Sequence record: PV261925.1
Length of the DNA: 64,000 nt
Reading direction: 5' to 3' (one strand)
Under the pieces are notes generated by a model. It did not search any database and had not been told where the DNA came from. It saw only the letters and a list, made by a program, of their open reading frames with translations. Below are positions 33,672-44,400 of the stretch, one piece after another (the stretch's first letter is position 1; each line of letters starts with the position of its first letter). Both the position numbers and the translations under genes were made by a program.

Positions 33672-34883
33672 TCATAATTCTGCATCAAAATCCATTCTTA
33701 AGTCATCATTGAATACTTCGAGCCATCCTGCATCTCCTGCAGTATATGTAACAACACTACCTCCAGTGCCATTTGAATTGCTATAAAAATCCGACAAGTA
33801 AACTATAGAGCAATTTGTTCCGCATCTTTGTGTACCAAAAGTAGAACCAGTTTGGTTCCAACTAGCCACTCCAGCAGCAAACATACGGATAAATCCAGGT
33901 GTTGATGCAGATATATTATTACTAAAGACGGGTGTTGATCTCATCGTTACTGGATGATGAATGGCAACATATATCTGGTTACTTTGCCAAACTGCTCCAG
34001 CTCCGATTCCGTCAGCAGTAGAGTCAGTACCCAAATGGGTATAAAAATACCTCTGACAGCTGGCCAGTTCATCACCATAAGAACGATGTTCGAATGGCGT
34101 GGCTCTTTCGCCGACTTCTAATTGAATACCAGTAATTGACCACTCGTTGTCAGTGCTATCTGCTAAATTTGTTTGTCCAGCAAAACGATTTGCGGTAGTT
34201 GTTTGCCATGTATTTGATTGAAATGTTCCACTTGAAAGGGTTGGTCCAGCAGCAAGACACCATTGGACATATAGACCTACACCATTGTCGTTATTAATAG
34301 CGTTTGAAGTGTCTCCAACATAAGTTAAAGTTTTATATTCCCAGGTGTTTGCTGAATTAATTGTATATTTAATGCCATTAAAAGTAGCAGCATCTCCATG
34401 ATCTAGTTCAACCACATAATCACCAGTTTTATTTGATTTAACCCAGAATGAGAGTGTAATTTGTTTTGCGGTAGAACTACCATAGTCAAGATGTACTAAA
34501 TTTTGAGCTTCAACATATTGACTAAGGAAGCAATTATCTGTACCTGTTAAAGATGCTTTTGCAGTAGTACAATCAACTTTAATACTATTTGAAAATCCAG
34601 AAGGCAAATTTGATGTAGTATTTGCTGTTGTCCAAGTACCACAGGTATTTACGTTTAACCTAAACCTATCAGCTGCCCAAGACGGACCAGCAGTCACTCC
34701 AGTGTCTCCTGTGCCCCGTTGAGCCACCTGCATCGCGCCATTGATAATCAGGTTGCGATTACTTAATGGACCAGCAGTAGGATATTGAAGACCACCAACA
34801 GTCACTGAACCATCAGTTGCAATACCAATACCACCTGCTGCGGTGGAAGGGTTTTCTATATTGTAAACTCTTAAGGTGCTCAT
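33672..34883 (-). CDS. Tail fibre / RBP (NRN family, copy 2)
   Basis: Same conserved boxes as copy 1. Confidence 0.8.
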   Translation of the reverse strand: MSTLRVYNIENPSTAAGGIGIATDGSVTVGGLQYPTAGPLSNRNLIINGAMQVAQRGTGDTGVTAGPSWAADRFRLNVNTCGTWTTANTTSNLPSGFSNSIKVDCTTAKASLTGTDNCFLSQYVEAQNLVHLDYGSSTAKQITLSFWVKSNKTGDYVVELDHGDAATFNGIKYTINSANTWEYKTLTYVGDTSNAINNDNGVGLYVQWCLAAGPTLSSGTFQSNTWQTTTANRFAGQTNLADSTDNEWSITGIQLEVGERATPFEHRSYGDELASCQRYFYTHLGTDSTADGIGAGAVWQSNQIYVAIHHPVTMRSTPVFSNNISASTPGFIRMFAAGVASWNQTGSTFGTQRCGTNCSIVYLSDFYSNSNGTGGSVVTYTAGDAGWLEVFNDDLRMDFDAEL

Positions 34884-34885
34884 GG

Positions 34886-35206
34886 TTAGCTTCCTGGTTT
34901 AGTAGGCCATGTTGGATTGGCTGGATCTGATGTATTTGATGGAAGATCTCTCAATGCCTGACGATAAGTTGTCATTTCGGCACTCAGTGTCAAATCCGAC
35001 AATGCCAAGTAGTCAGTTTCAGCCAGAAGACGATTACGTTCTTGGCGTAATTCTTTCCATTGACCCTCAACTTGAATTTCAGCTGCTGCTGTGTCTACTA
35101 ATGATTGATCAATAGTGATTTGATTACCATCGGCGTCAAATGCACCTTTACTATCACTCACATAGACTGCTTCTGGATAGACTCTTCTTATTGCTCTATG
35201 ATTCAT
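34886..35206 (-). CDS. Tail-fibre assembly chaperone
   Basis: LRQERNRLLAETDY..YRQALRDLP..WPTKP. Confidence 0.8.
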   Translation of the reverse strand: MNHRAIRRVYPEAVYVSDSKGAFDADGNQITIDQSLVDTAAAEIQVEGQWKELRQERNRLLAETDYLALSDLTLSAEMTTYRQALRDLPSNTSDPANPTWPTKPGS

Positions 35207-35790
35207 CCTGCTACCTCCATTAATGTAAAATGAGACATGGGACGACCTATCTTGACAGCATCGGTATCATTTTCAAACATGTTCACAAAAACTGTTTGAG
35301 AAGCGGAACTCATGTGTCTAATCTTTACTCCGTATGTAAACGTACCCGCACTACCTGGAGTGTCTAGAAACATAATATTGAGGGGTTGACTTGAATCTTG
35401 TCGGTCAGGGTCAGAATAACCAACAGACGAATACCTAAATCTATTTCCAGCTGCGTCAGCAATACCAATGTTTGTACCATCTCTATTCAATACAAATCCG
35501 TATGACGGAGTGGTTGCCATCATATGCATGGTACACATGATTAAAACTTTACTATTTTCTGATACTGTAATGGACTGTTCAATAATATTACTACTGACTG
35601 TCAGAGTTGCAATGTTATAACTCTCAGCATCAGATTTAACTGACTGAACAACCTGCAAAATATTTCCAGAACGCTCAAGGCGATCAAGAGTTCCACTTGC
35701 AGTGGGCATCGTCATTGTAGTGATACCAGCAACAGCTGGTGCACTCAACTCTGTATATCCAGATGTGGCACCATTTAACCTAACTGGCAT
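35203..35790 (-). CDS. Tail fibre / RBP
   Basis: MPVRLNGATSG..GNILQVVQ..FTLMEVAG. Confidence 0.75.
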   Translation of the reverse strand: MPVRLNGATSGYTELSAPAVAGITTMTMPTASGTLDRLERSGNILQVVQSVKSDAESYNIATLTVSSNIIEQSITVSENSKVLIMCTMHMMATTPSYGFVLNRDGTNIGIADAAGNRFRYSSVGYSDPDRQDSSQPLNIMFLDTPGSAGTFTYGVKIRHMSSASQTVFVNMFENDTDAVKIGRPMSHFTLMEVAG

Positions 35791-35843
35791 TTTAATGAAC
35801 CTCCATTCTTATTATATATTTATTATCTCTATAAACTGGTTTA

Positions 35844-36467
35844 TTATTGAATCATGTACCAACCAGCAACTATGACACCATCACCACTACCAAAGGTAAA
35901 AGTGTTTCCTAGTGCCGCTACTTGTCCAGAATTGTCATAATTATAAATTATTCTTAATTGATCGTTGGATGCTAGATATCCATAAAATTGAAACGCAGTA
36001 GCATCAAAATTAACTCCGCTAGTGGTGACATTAAATCTTGATGTTCCTGTGCTTTGGAATGGAAGTTGACCCATTCTAAAAATGCTGCTACCACCAGTGT
36101 TTGTTACGGTATCAACGGTTATATTAAACCGTATATAAACCATGTTGCCAATTTTTGTGTAAAATCCTTGTTGAGTGGTGTATGTAAATTCAGAACCAGC
36201 AGTTTCAATAATTGGTGTAAATGTGCCCTCCTCATAATCATCAAGAATAGAGGAAGTACTACTACCCTGAGAATCAGATGCGGCAGAGAAGTCAATACCT
36301 TGAGTATCTGGAAATACTAAATTACCACTACTATTAAACGTTGCAGCTACACTACCACCAGTTACAAATTCAATTTCATTTGTACCAGGTCTGATACCTG
36401 TATCTGAATCACCACCTTGAAAACCAGGTGCTGCTGTAGTATTTGTTCCGCTAATTCTTACAGTCAT
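35844..36467 (-). CDS. Tail fibre / RBP (LDDYEEGT family)
   Basis: ILDDYEEGTFTP, YTKIGNMV; start at 36467 by TAATG coupling. Confidence 0.8.
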   Translation of the reverse strand: MTVRISGTNTTAAPGFQGGDSDTGIRPGTNEIEFVTGGSVAATFNSSGNLVFPDTQGIDFSAASDSQGSSTSSILDDYEEGTFTPIIETAGSEFTYTTQQGFYTKIGNMVYIRFNITVDTVTNTGGSSIFRMGQLPFQSTGTSRFNVTTSGVNFDATAFQFYGYLASNDQLRIIYNYDNSGQVAALGNTFTFGSGDGVIVAGWYMIQ

Positions 36468-36772
36468 TATACTACACTCCAAACTGAACCTGAATTGACT
36501 GTGACAGTGGCACCAGATGCAACATTGATAGGACCAGCTGTCATGGCATTACGCCCTGTGGTGATACTATAACTGGTAGTCACTGTCAAATCATTCTCAT
36601 AAAAAATTCTATCAGTACCAGCACCAACTGCACCGACTAAATCACGACCATCATACTTAAATGCTGTAGCAGTTACAACACCAGAGACATTGATACCTCC
36701 CCCAATCCCAAGAGTGATATTAGGGGAGGAAGCATCTAAATGCTCTAGGTTATTAGTCTTTAGAATACTCAT
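36467..36772 (-). CDS. Short virion/fibre module protein
   Basis: C-terminal FYENDLTVTTSYSIT..NAMTAGPI..TV..GSVWSVV motif. Confidence 0.75.
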   Translation of the reverse strand: MSILKTNNLEHLDASSPNITLGIGGGINVSGVVTATAFKYDGRDLVGAVGAGTDRIFYENDLTVTTSYSITTGRNAMTAGPINVASGATVTVNSGSVWSVV

Positions 36773-36795
36773 CTCAATATCTTTTTAGGTATTTA

Positions 36796-37083
36796 TCAGA
36801 CTGCGTCTCTGGTAGCGATCAGGTGTGCCTTATATGCATCCTTGACTGCTTGTGTCCATGCAGCGTTACAAATTGCTTGAACGTCTGCATCTTCACCACT
36901 GATGTCTGTATCTACCCAGTTGTCGTCTGCATCAACTGTACCAGGCATCAGACAATGACGATGGAAAGTACGTGCAATCTCTGTACCATCTCTCTCAACA
37001 ATATCAGCTCTACGTACTTGAACTGCTTTAAATCTACCGACAACTTCAATCTTGTCGTTTTCGCTTCTTTCAGAAAGTGCCAT
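36796..37083 (-). CDS. Putative tail-fibre chaperone
   Basis: MALSERSENDKIEVV..FHRH..VQAICNAAWT; follows an LDDYE fibre gene. Confidence 0.75.
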   Translation of the reverse strand: MALSERSENDKIEVVGRFKAVQVRRADIVERDGTEIARTFHRHCLMPGTVDADDNWVDTDISGEDADVQAICNAAWTQAVKDAYKAHLIATRDAV

Positions 37084-37127
37084 TAGGATAATCCTCCGAA
37101 TTAAACAGGGTTAGGCGTAAGTATTTA

Positions 37128-38072
37128 TTATGCTTCTGTATAATAATTAAGTGTAAAAATGATAGAGCCACTAGCAGTCATCTCTGTTCCTTGCAATGGA
37201 TCCCAACCCACATTGTCCCCACACTGATAAAATGTCATGTCATTACCGCCAACATAAGTTACAAGATACGTCTTACTTGCTCCATTATCAAGATTTACAT
37301 TATTAATCATCGCGGTACCCACAGCTTCAGGAGTGTCACCAACTCCTTGAGATGCTGCAAATGGAAGTCTAATAGTTACATTGGCTGCAGCTGGGGTGTC
37401 TAATCCAGAAATTCTTCCCCATACAGTAACTTTTCTTCCGAGTTTTACATATCTAGTGCTACCACTATTAACGCCATTACCACCCGTAGCGAGTGTAGCA
37501 GTCCAAGTACCTTGCTCATAATCATCTAAAAGGTGTGCAGATGCTGTATCAGAACTACCAGCACCAGTATTCTGAAAATCAATACCTTGATGGTTAATAG
37601 TCAGATACTGTGTTGCATCTGTAGAGTCTTGTACTCTGATTGTACCACCAACAGCAACATTAACACCTGCAGAAACTGTGGTGGTATTGACACCTACACC
37701 ACCAGTTGAAGTTATACGAAGTCTTTCTGCGTCTGCAGTTTCATCATAAACATTTAAAATTGTACCACTATTTCCTATAGTAAAGGAACGAGCATTAGCA
37801 CCAGTTTTATCCAATCCTAATCTGGATATCGTTCCATCACTTACTTTGAGGTTTGTTCCATTAGCAGGAAAAGTTATCGTATTGATACCAACATTACCAC
37901 TACTATCCTCAACCATTGAGGAATGAGTTACAATACCAGCTGTGGTACTGTTCTTATAGAACTGATTGGCACTACCATTCCCATCAGGTAGTGTGATAGT
38001 ATTATCACCAGCTACAGCTGGAGCGTTGATATCAACGGCTCCAGAAGTTTGTCCTCGTAAACTCAGTCCCAT
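37128..38072 (-). CDS. Tail fibre / RBP (LDDYE family)
   Basis: LLDDYEQGTWT, YVKLGRKV. Confidence 0.8.
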   Translation of the reverse strand: MGLSLRGQTSGAVDINAPAVAGDNTITLPDGNGSANQFYKNSTTAGIVTHSSMVEDSSGNVGINTITFPANGTNLKVSDGTISRLGLDKTGANARSFTIGNSGTILNVYDETADAERLRITSTGGVGVNTTTVSAGVNVAVGGTIRVQDSTDATQYLTINHQGIDFQNTGAGSSDTASAHLLDDYEQGTWTATLATGGNGVNSGSTRYVKLGRKVTVWGRISGLDTPAAANVTIRLPFAASQGVGDTPEAVGTAMINNVNLDNGASKTYLVTYVGGNDMTFYQCGDNVGWDPLQGTEMTASGSIIFTLNYYTEA

Positions 38073-38097
38073 GGGATTATACTTTTTTAGTTATTTA

Positions 38098-39447
38098 TCA
38101 GGCAGTGGATGAAGCGGTCATTGAGTGCTGTGAACCTGGTACTGCATTTTGAATAATGACTTCATAGAAGAATGACACACCATCATCAGCTGTTGGATTA
38201 GAAATATCAATACTATATCCATTTCCGCCAGAATTATTAAATGCATAGTGACTTGCTGCTGAGTAAGTATATGCAAAAGGTGTGGTTACTGTTGCACTAT
38301 CAGAGGATGTACCACTGGAGTTTGTAAATACTCTACACATAAACTGTGCAGCAGGGTGATTGTTTGATGTATTAGATGCTGTCCAAGAACCTGTAGCATT
38401 GATTGTAATCATTGCACTAGTTCTATCAGTTCCTACAAAAGTAAATCTAGTCAGTTGTCCAGAATTCAATGTATCACTGACATAATACTTTTTGATTGCA
38501 CCACCAGCAATCTCCTCATATCTATAGACTTGGTTTTGTGTAATAGAACTATCGCCTAACTGTAAAGTGGAACCAGTTGATACATTGATGTTACCACCAT
38601 TAGTGATGCTTAGTCTTTCATTATTTCCATTTGTATAGAATTTGATTTCTCCTGAAGGTGAGCCTGAATAAGCACCTGCTATATTTAAATGATCATCACC
38701 CCAAATGTAATGAATTCTATCATCAGCAAGTTTTTTTAATTCAATCTGTCCACCACTAATATTGGCAAGAGAAAGATTTGCGTAACCAGCTGATGAAACT
38801 GGTATGTCAGTTCCAATACCAATATTGCCGGCTGTAGTAACTCTGAGTGCCTCAGTTCCACCAGCAGATATTGCAACTTGACCAGCAGCAGGGAAGAATA
38901 CGCCAGTCGTTGTATCAACACCAACTAAACCAGGTGTTGCTTCTGTACCATAACCAACTGATACTGCTGCACCAACAGGAACTGCAAGACCATAAGGGAA
39001 CTTAGGTGCCTTTACACCACTCTTATCTGTAATATTATCTACTCTTACTTTACCTTCACCACTAGCAAGAATACCAGGAGTATCTACATCTGTACCAATA
39101 CCTAAAATGTCAGGAATAAAGTCATCACCATCGGCTACAATCAGGTCTGCATCACCTTGTAGGACAATGTTGGTATATTGTGTATATGCTGCTGAAGCAG
39201 ATGCTGGTGGGTCTACAGTGATGGTAGAACCAATGGTCAGGTTTGCATCAGTATAATATATCTTATTCAACGGACTGTTTAGGTCATCTGGTAACAATGA
39301 AGTACCAAGGCCACCAGGAGTACCAGTCAGGTTTGAGCCGTCACCATAGTATTCAATTGCAGTTACTACCCCCAACCTGACATTAACAGGATTTTGAGGG
39401 TTAGTAACCGCAGAACCAAAACCAGCAAGATTACGAGCTCTTGACAT
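38098..39447 (-). CDS. Tail fibre-like virion protein
   Basis: GNIGIGT repeats, T/G-rich. Confidence 0.75.
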   Translation of the reverse strand: MSRARNLAGFGSAVTNPQNPVNVRLGVVTAIEYYGDGSNLTGTPGGLGTSLLPDDLNSPLNKIYYTDANLTIGSTITVDPPASASAAYTQYTNIVLQGDADLIVADGDDFIPDILGIGTDVDTPGILASGEGKVRVDNITDKSGVKAPKFPYGLAVPVGAAVSVGYGTEATPGLVGVDTTTGVFFPAAGQVAISAGGTEALRVTTAGNIGIGTDIPVSSAGYANLSLANISGGQIELKKLADDRIHYIWGDDHLNIAGAYSGSPSGEIKFYTNGNNERLSITNGGNINVSTGSTLQLGDSSITQNQVYRYEEIAGGAIKKYYVSDTLNSGQLTRFTFVGTDRTSAMITINATGSWTASNTSNNHPAAQFMCRVFTNSSGTSSDSATVTTPFAYTYSAASHYAFNNSGGNGYSIDISNPTADDGVSFFYEVIIQNAVPGSQHSMTASSTA

Positions 39448-39478
39448 TTTTTATACTTTTTAGTTATTTATAGGTATA

Positions 39479-40804
39479 TTATAATTCTACAGACACTTGT
39501 AGCCATGCTCCTGCGTAAGCATAAAGAACCGATGTCTGTCCTATACTACCAATACTAGTGAATCCATTTCCATAGATATGTACCGATTCTGGGGAATTAC
39601 CTAAACCAGTAAGTGTTCCTACTGTGGTGGGATTTGCGGTGTTTGGTTGTAAAAATGTCAAATTTCCAGCCGAAGTACCTGTTCCAGAAAATGTCACATC
39701 GACCGCAACAGCTGTGGTTCTCATCGAAACGGGATAATGGATAACTGCCCCACGAGGAGAGGCGGAGCTTTGTAAACTTCCTAGAGCAGCATAAGTAGAG
39801 TCTGGGTAATTAAATCTGACACAATATCTTTGACACCTAGCAAGCTCATCACCATAAGAACGATGTTCAAAAGGTGTGGCTCTTTCGCCGACTTCTAATT
39901 GAACACCTGTAATGTTCCAGTTTGCTCCAGCATCGTCATGTAAATTGACTGATTGACCAGCGGCTCTATTTACGTTTGACTCAGCAGCCCAATTCGCAGG
40001 AAGTGTTCCAGTGGTAAAGTTTGTACCCGCCTGTAACCACCACTTGATTCTGAAGCCTTCACTATTACTGTCTGTAATTGAATTCGTAGTGTCGCCAGGG
40101 AATGTAATGGTCTTATATTCCCAAGTATCGGCAGTGTCAATCGTATAAGTCTTTGCGATATGTCTGCTTTCATTCGGTCTGGATATTTCTAAAACATACG
40201 TCCCAGTTCTGTTGCCTTTTACATAAAAAGACATTGTTAAAGTTTTTGCACTGGCTGCACCATAACCTAGGCTTTGTAGGTTAAGACCTTCTATCCTTTG
40301 GTTGAGGTATACGTTTGAAGCAGTAGCAATACTAGAATCGACGCTATCTACATTCCATTTGAAAAAAGTAGGAAACCCGCTTGGTCCGCCTGATGTTTCT
40401 TGAGTGAATGTGGCTTGAGAAGCATTATCTAGCTGCACTCGCCACCGATCACAAATAGGATAGTTCGAGTATTGGCTTTGAGTTTCAGTGGTACCCCTCT
40501 GCGCCACTTGCATAGCGCCATTAATAATCAGGTTACGATTACTTAATGGACCAGCAGAAGGATAATTTAGGTCATTAATACTACTAATATATGCCGTTGT
40601 TACACCGATCGTAGCACCAACACCAGCAATATGAACATTACCTCCTGTAACTTCAATACCATTACGTGCAGTAATAACACCAACAGAATCTACATTGGTA
40701 ACATCTTCATATGTGACTGTACCACCTACAGATACACTCTGGTCAAAGGAATAACTTGTAGTTGCGCCAGTAATTGCACCGTCGCCTGAAATTGAAATTG
40801 GCAT
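39479..40804 (-). CDS. Tail fibre / RBP (NRN family, copy 3)
   Basis: Same conserved boxes as copy 1. Confidence 0.8.
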   Translation of the reverse strand: MPISISGDGAITGATTSYSFDQSVSVGGTVTYEDVTNVDSVGVITARNGIEVTGGNVHIAGVGATIGVTTAYISSINDLNYPSAGPLSNRNLIINGAMQVAQRGTTETQSQYSNYPICDRWRVQLDNASQATFTQETSGGPSGFPTFFKWNVDSVDSSIATASNVYLNQRIEGLNLQSLGYGAASAKTLTMSFYVKGNRTGTYVLEISRPNESRHIAKTYTIDTADTWEYKTITFPGDTTNSITDSNSEGFRIKWWLQAGTNFTTGTLPANWAAESNVNRAAGQSVNLHDDAGANWNITGVQLEVGERATPFEHRSYGDELARCQRYCVRFNYPDSTYAALGSLQSSASPRGAVIHYPVSMRTTAVAVDVTFSGTGTSAGNLTFLQPNTANPTTVGTLTGLGNSPESVHIYGNGFTSIGSIGQTSVLYAYAGAWLQVSVEL

Positions 40805-40815
40805 TTAATTACTCC

Positions 40816-41445
40816 TTACAGAATGACCCATCTTTCAGAACCAGGGATAGTCACTGTAACCCCAGCTGATACTGAAACAGGACCAACACTGACCGCACTG
40901 TATCCTGATGTTAATTGATAATTGGTTGTCACAACTCTCTGGTTCTCTTGGAAGACTTTATCAGGTCCACCACCTCTTGCACCACCAGAGATTGCAATAT
41001 CAATAGAACCATCACCCTTCAATGTGACTGTATTACCAGCACCAGTGAAGTTCAGTGTGGATGTAATACCAATGGTTGTACCACCTGATTGAATACCAAC
41101 TTCACCAATACCATCAACACTTGCATAAAGTGTTCCAGTGACTACCAGGTCACCACTGATAGTCTGTGATGATGCTGAACCTACAATGGCATCAGGAACA
41201 GCAAAGGTATCAAGAACCTCAATCGAGATTTCATCACCTGCTTGACAAGCATCATTCAGTGTGACAGTAGAACCATCAGCTGCTGTGTAGTCAGTGGAAT
41301 TCGTCAGACGAACACCATTTCTAAACAGAGACAGCTTGCCGAGGGTATAACCATCAGTGACTGTAAATAAAGTCTGTCCTGCGGTTGCGGAAAACCTTAA
41401 TACTCTATAATTATTTTGACTGGATATAGGATTTCCAATGGCCAT
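40816..41445 (-). CDS. Virion/fibre module protein
   Basis: FSATAGQT..NGVRL..DYTA..VTL; C-terminal VFQEN...WVIL motif. Confidence 0.75.
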   Translation of the reverse strand: MAIGNPISSQNNYRVLRFSATAGQTLFTVTDGYTLGKLSLFRNGVRLTNSTDYTAADGSTVTLNDACQAGDEISIEVLDTFAVPDAIVGSASSQTISGDLVVTGTLYASVDGIGEVGIQSGGTTIGITSTLNFTGAGNTVTLKGDGSIDIAISGGARGGGPDKVFQENQRVVTTNYQLTSGYSAVSVGPVSVSAGVTVTIPGSERWVIL

Positions 41446-41468
41446 TGTAAAACCTTTTTAGTTATTTA

Positions 41469-44400
41469 TTATTTAGCGTTGGCAGTCTTGAATGGTGATT
41501 CAGCGAAGGCAGCGAAGATGTAAGTTGCTCCACTATTATTTCCACCAAATCCCGATGCTTGTCTTACCTTAAAACCATTGGATAAGAAATCTACATCATG
41601 AGCATTATCAGTTTCCCTATCATTGGTATTTGGGAATAATACTGCAGTGATTGGGTTTATTGTTTTTCTTGAATTATCAAAAATATACCAATTTGTTGCA
41701 ACTGTTGAGGACTTAATCATCACCCAAGCAGGTTTGAATCCACAATACACAAAAGGACCATCAGCACTTCCATTACCTACATAGCTTCCAAACTTACTGA
41801 AACCTTCTATTTCTGCCCAACTATAAGTTACAAAATCATAAGCACCTGTTAAATCGCCAGCAAGGTTAATAACGCTACTTGTTGGTAAAGCACTATATGC
41901 TGGTTGACTTTGTTGTGCTCCTGTATTAAAAAATAAAGTATAGTCGTATGCGGTTAATGATTTATGCCATATTCTCCAATGAGTAGCAAGATTTCTATGT
42001 TTTGTTATCACAAATGATGGAGTTTTTCCGAGTCCGTGTCCTATACTTCCTGTGCTTCCAGTCGCCGTATATGTAGCAATACTAAACCCAGCAGTCTGGT
42101 TCGCAGAAACCTGAGAGGTTATTGAACCATCTGTGTTTGATACTGCGGCACCATTTGCTTTCCAACACCAGGCAACCATATTTTGACCATTAACATTCCA
42201 TCCATAATAACCAGAACCATCATCAACATTAAGTGAAAATCCATCATTATCAAAAGAGTTCAATACTCTTTCTGTAGAAAATGCTTCATTATCAGTAGTA
42301 TTTGAACTTAAAGTGTTATCAACTCCTCTTACACTATCAGTCAAGAGATGATACAAATTAGCAGTTCTTGATTTAATCCAAACAAGATCTGGTTTGAATC
42401 CAACACCAGTAATTGCTTTACTACCACCACTACCAGTATAAAGCACCGTCTTAAAGTAATCACCAGGATCAGCAATCGCAGGAGTTGGTAAGTTGTCCTC
42501 ACATAATGCTAGGAAACCAGTTGGAGGTTGATATCTAAATTCACCTTTTCCATTGGAATCAGCATTTCTTTGTGTTGATGCTGCTGAAACTTGACCAGAG
42601 AATGTTGGGTTTTGACCAAAGTTCCAATTGACCGTGGTTTGAGTACCACCTGACTCTCTGTAAGAAAATCTATAATCTCTCTCTGGAGTAGTGGAGATAC
42701 CAGTAGCCATTGCGGTTCCACTAGTATCAACTGCTTCATTTTTTGCAATCCAAACACTTCCAATGTCTGCGTCATATGCAATAGCAAGAATGTCACCAGT
42801 ACTAAATGCACTTAAATTACCATTGTCTGTACCACTGGTAGCAACTGTACCATCCCACATTTGAACACTTACATTGTTAGTTCCAACTGTCGCCGCGTCG
42901 TGGTCTGCATCACTTACAAGTATATTGCCTCTGGCTTGTTGGTCAACATCTCTTACCTCAACATACCATTTTCCAGAGGTAAATCCAAATGTTGAGAACA
43001 CATGTTTATCATTGGCGGTAGTTCCTGATACCTGTAAATTTCCTCTTGTCAGGGTTCCAGCTACAGCATTAGCTAATGGATTTAAAGTCGCAAAGTTATT
43101 TGCAGTACAATCAGATACTGCTCTCCAACTCTCAATACCTACTGGGGTGTAAGGTTTGGGAACATCAAAACCACCTTTGTATTTTGCTACACCTTTGTAG
43201 ACACGAACGTCTTGTATATATCCTTGAAAACCATATCCTACTCCACCATAAGCATTTTCACCAATTTGCCCCACTCTAAACTTATTAGTGCTATCTCCAA
43301 CAGTATTATTTACAATACTGGTAACTATTCCTGCTGCAACACCATTAATATAAGTAGTCCATACTAAATTTTTCCTGGAAATAGCAACGTGATTCCATTG
43401 GTTTCCTTGAATACTTGCTGATGTTAATTGATATGCACCACCCATCATCCAAAGTTGTCCAGAAGAACTTGACCCATCTATATAAACATCCCAAGCATTA
43501 TTAGTATTTGTATTTTGACCAAATAACCTAGCATTTCCACCATTTGCTATTGGATAAAACCATCCCTCTACCGTAAAGTCACCTGTTCCCATATTGAAGT
43601 CACCAGAAGTTCCTGGAGTATCTACATATGAGTTTGCATTTTGATAATTTACAGAAGTTCCATAATATGATGGAATCTCATAACCCACACCAGCATTTCC
43701 ATTTGCCGTAAGAGTCTTATTGGTTCCACTACCTTTGATGTCGGCAGAGTAATCTCTTGGTGCATCATCAACTTGTCTTACCTTGACATTATCAATGGTT
43801 AAGGTTCCACTAGTGGAACTATTTCTCATTGAAATAGTAGTAGTGGTTGATGTTGCTGTAAATGTATATCTCTTAATTCCAGTGTCAGTTGTTGACGCAA
43901 ATACATTTATTGCACCACCAACATCAAGAACAAATCCACCAGTTGTTCTTGCAACTAAATCAAGTACCAGATGATATACTTTACCATTTACTGTGGTTAA
44001 ATCTTGGCTAAATTTTGCAGTAGATCCTGTTCCATCACCATTTCTATTATATACTAATTGACCATCACTATTGACCGAATAAGTTGCTGTTGAACCAGTA
44101 GTATACCAACCAGTAGGAGGGGTAGTTCCACTGGCACCAGTCCACTCATATCCATTACTAACTATATCTGCTCCTATTGCAGTACCAATACCAGGAACAG
44201 CAAGAACCAAATTAGCAGCATAAGGGTCACTTCTCAACTGACTGACATAAGCATCAGTAGTATCAGGAGCACCGTTGCGTGGTTGTGGTAGGTCTTCTCC
44301 TTTCAGAGTGATAATACTGTTAGGAGTGGTGTGGAAGTCAGCACCCAAGTTGGAACTATCATTCATAGGAAGATAGAAACCATTGACTCCAAATCCACCA

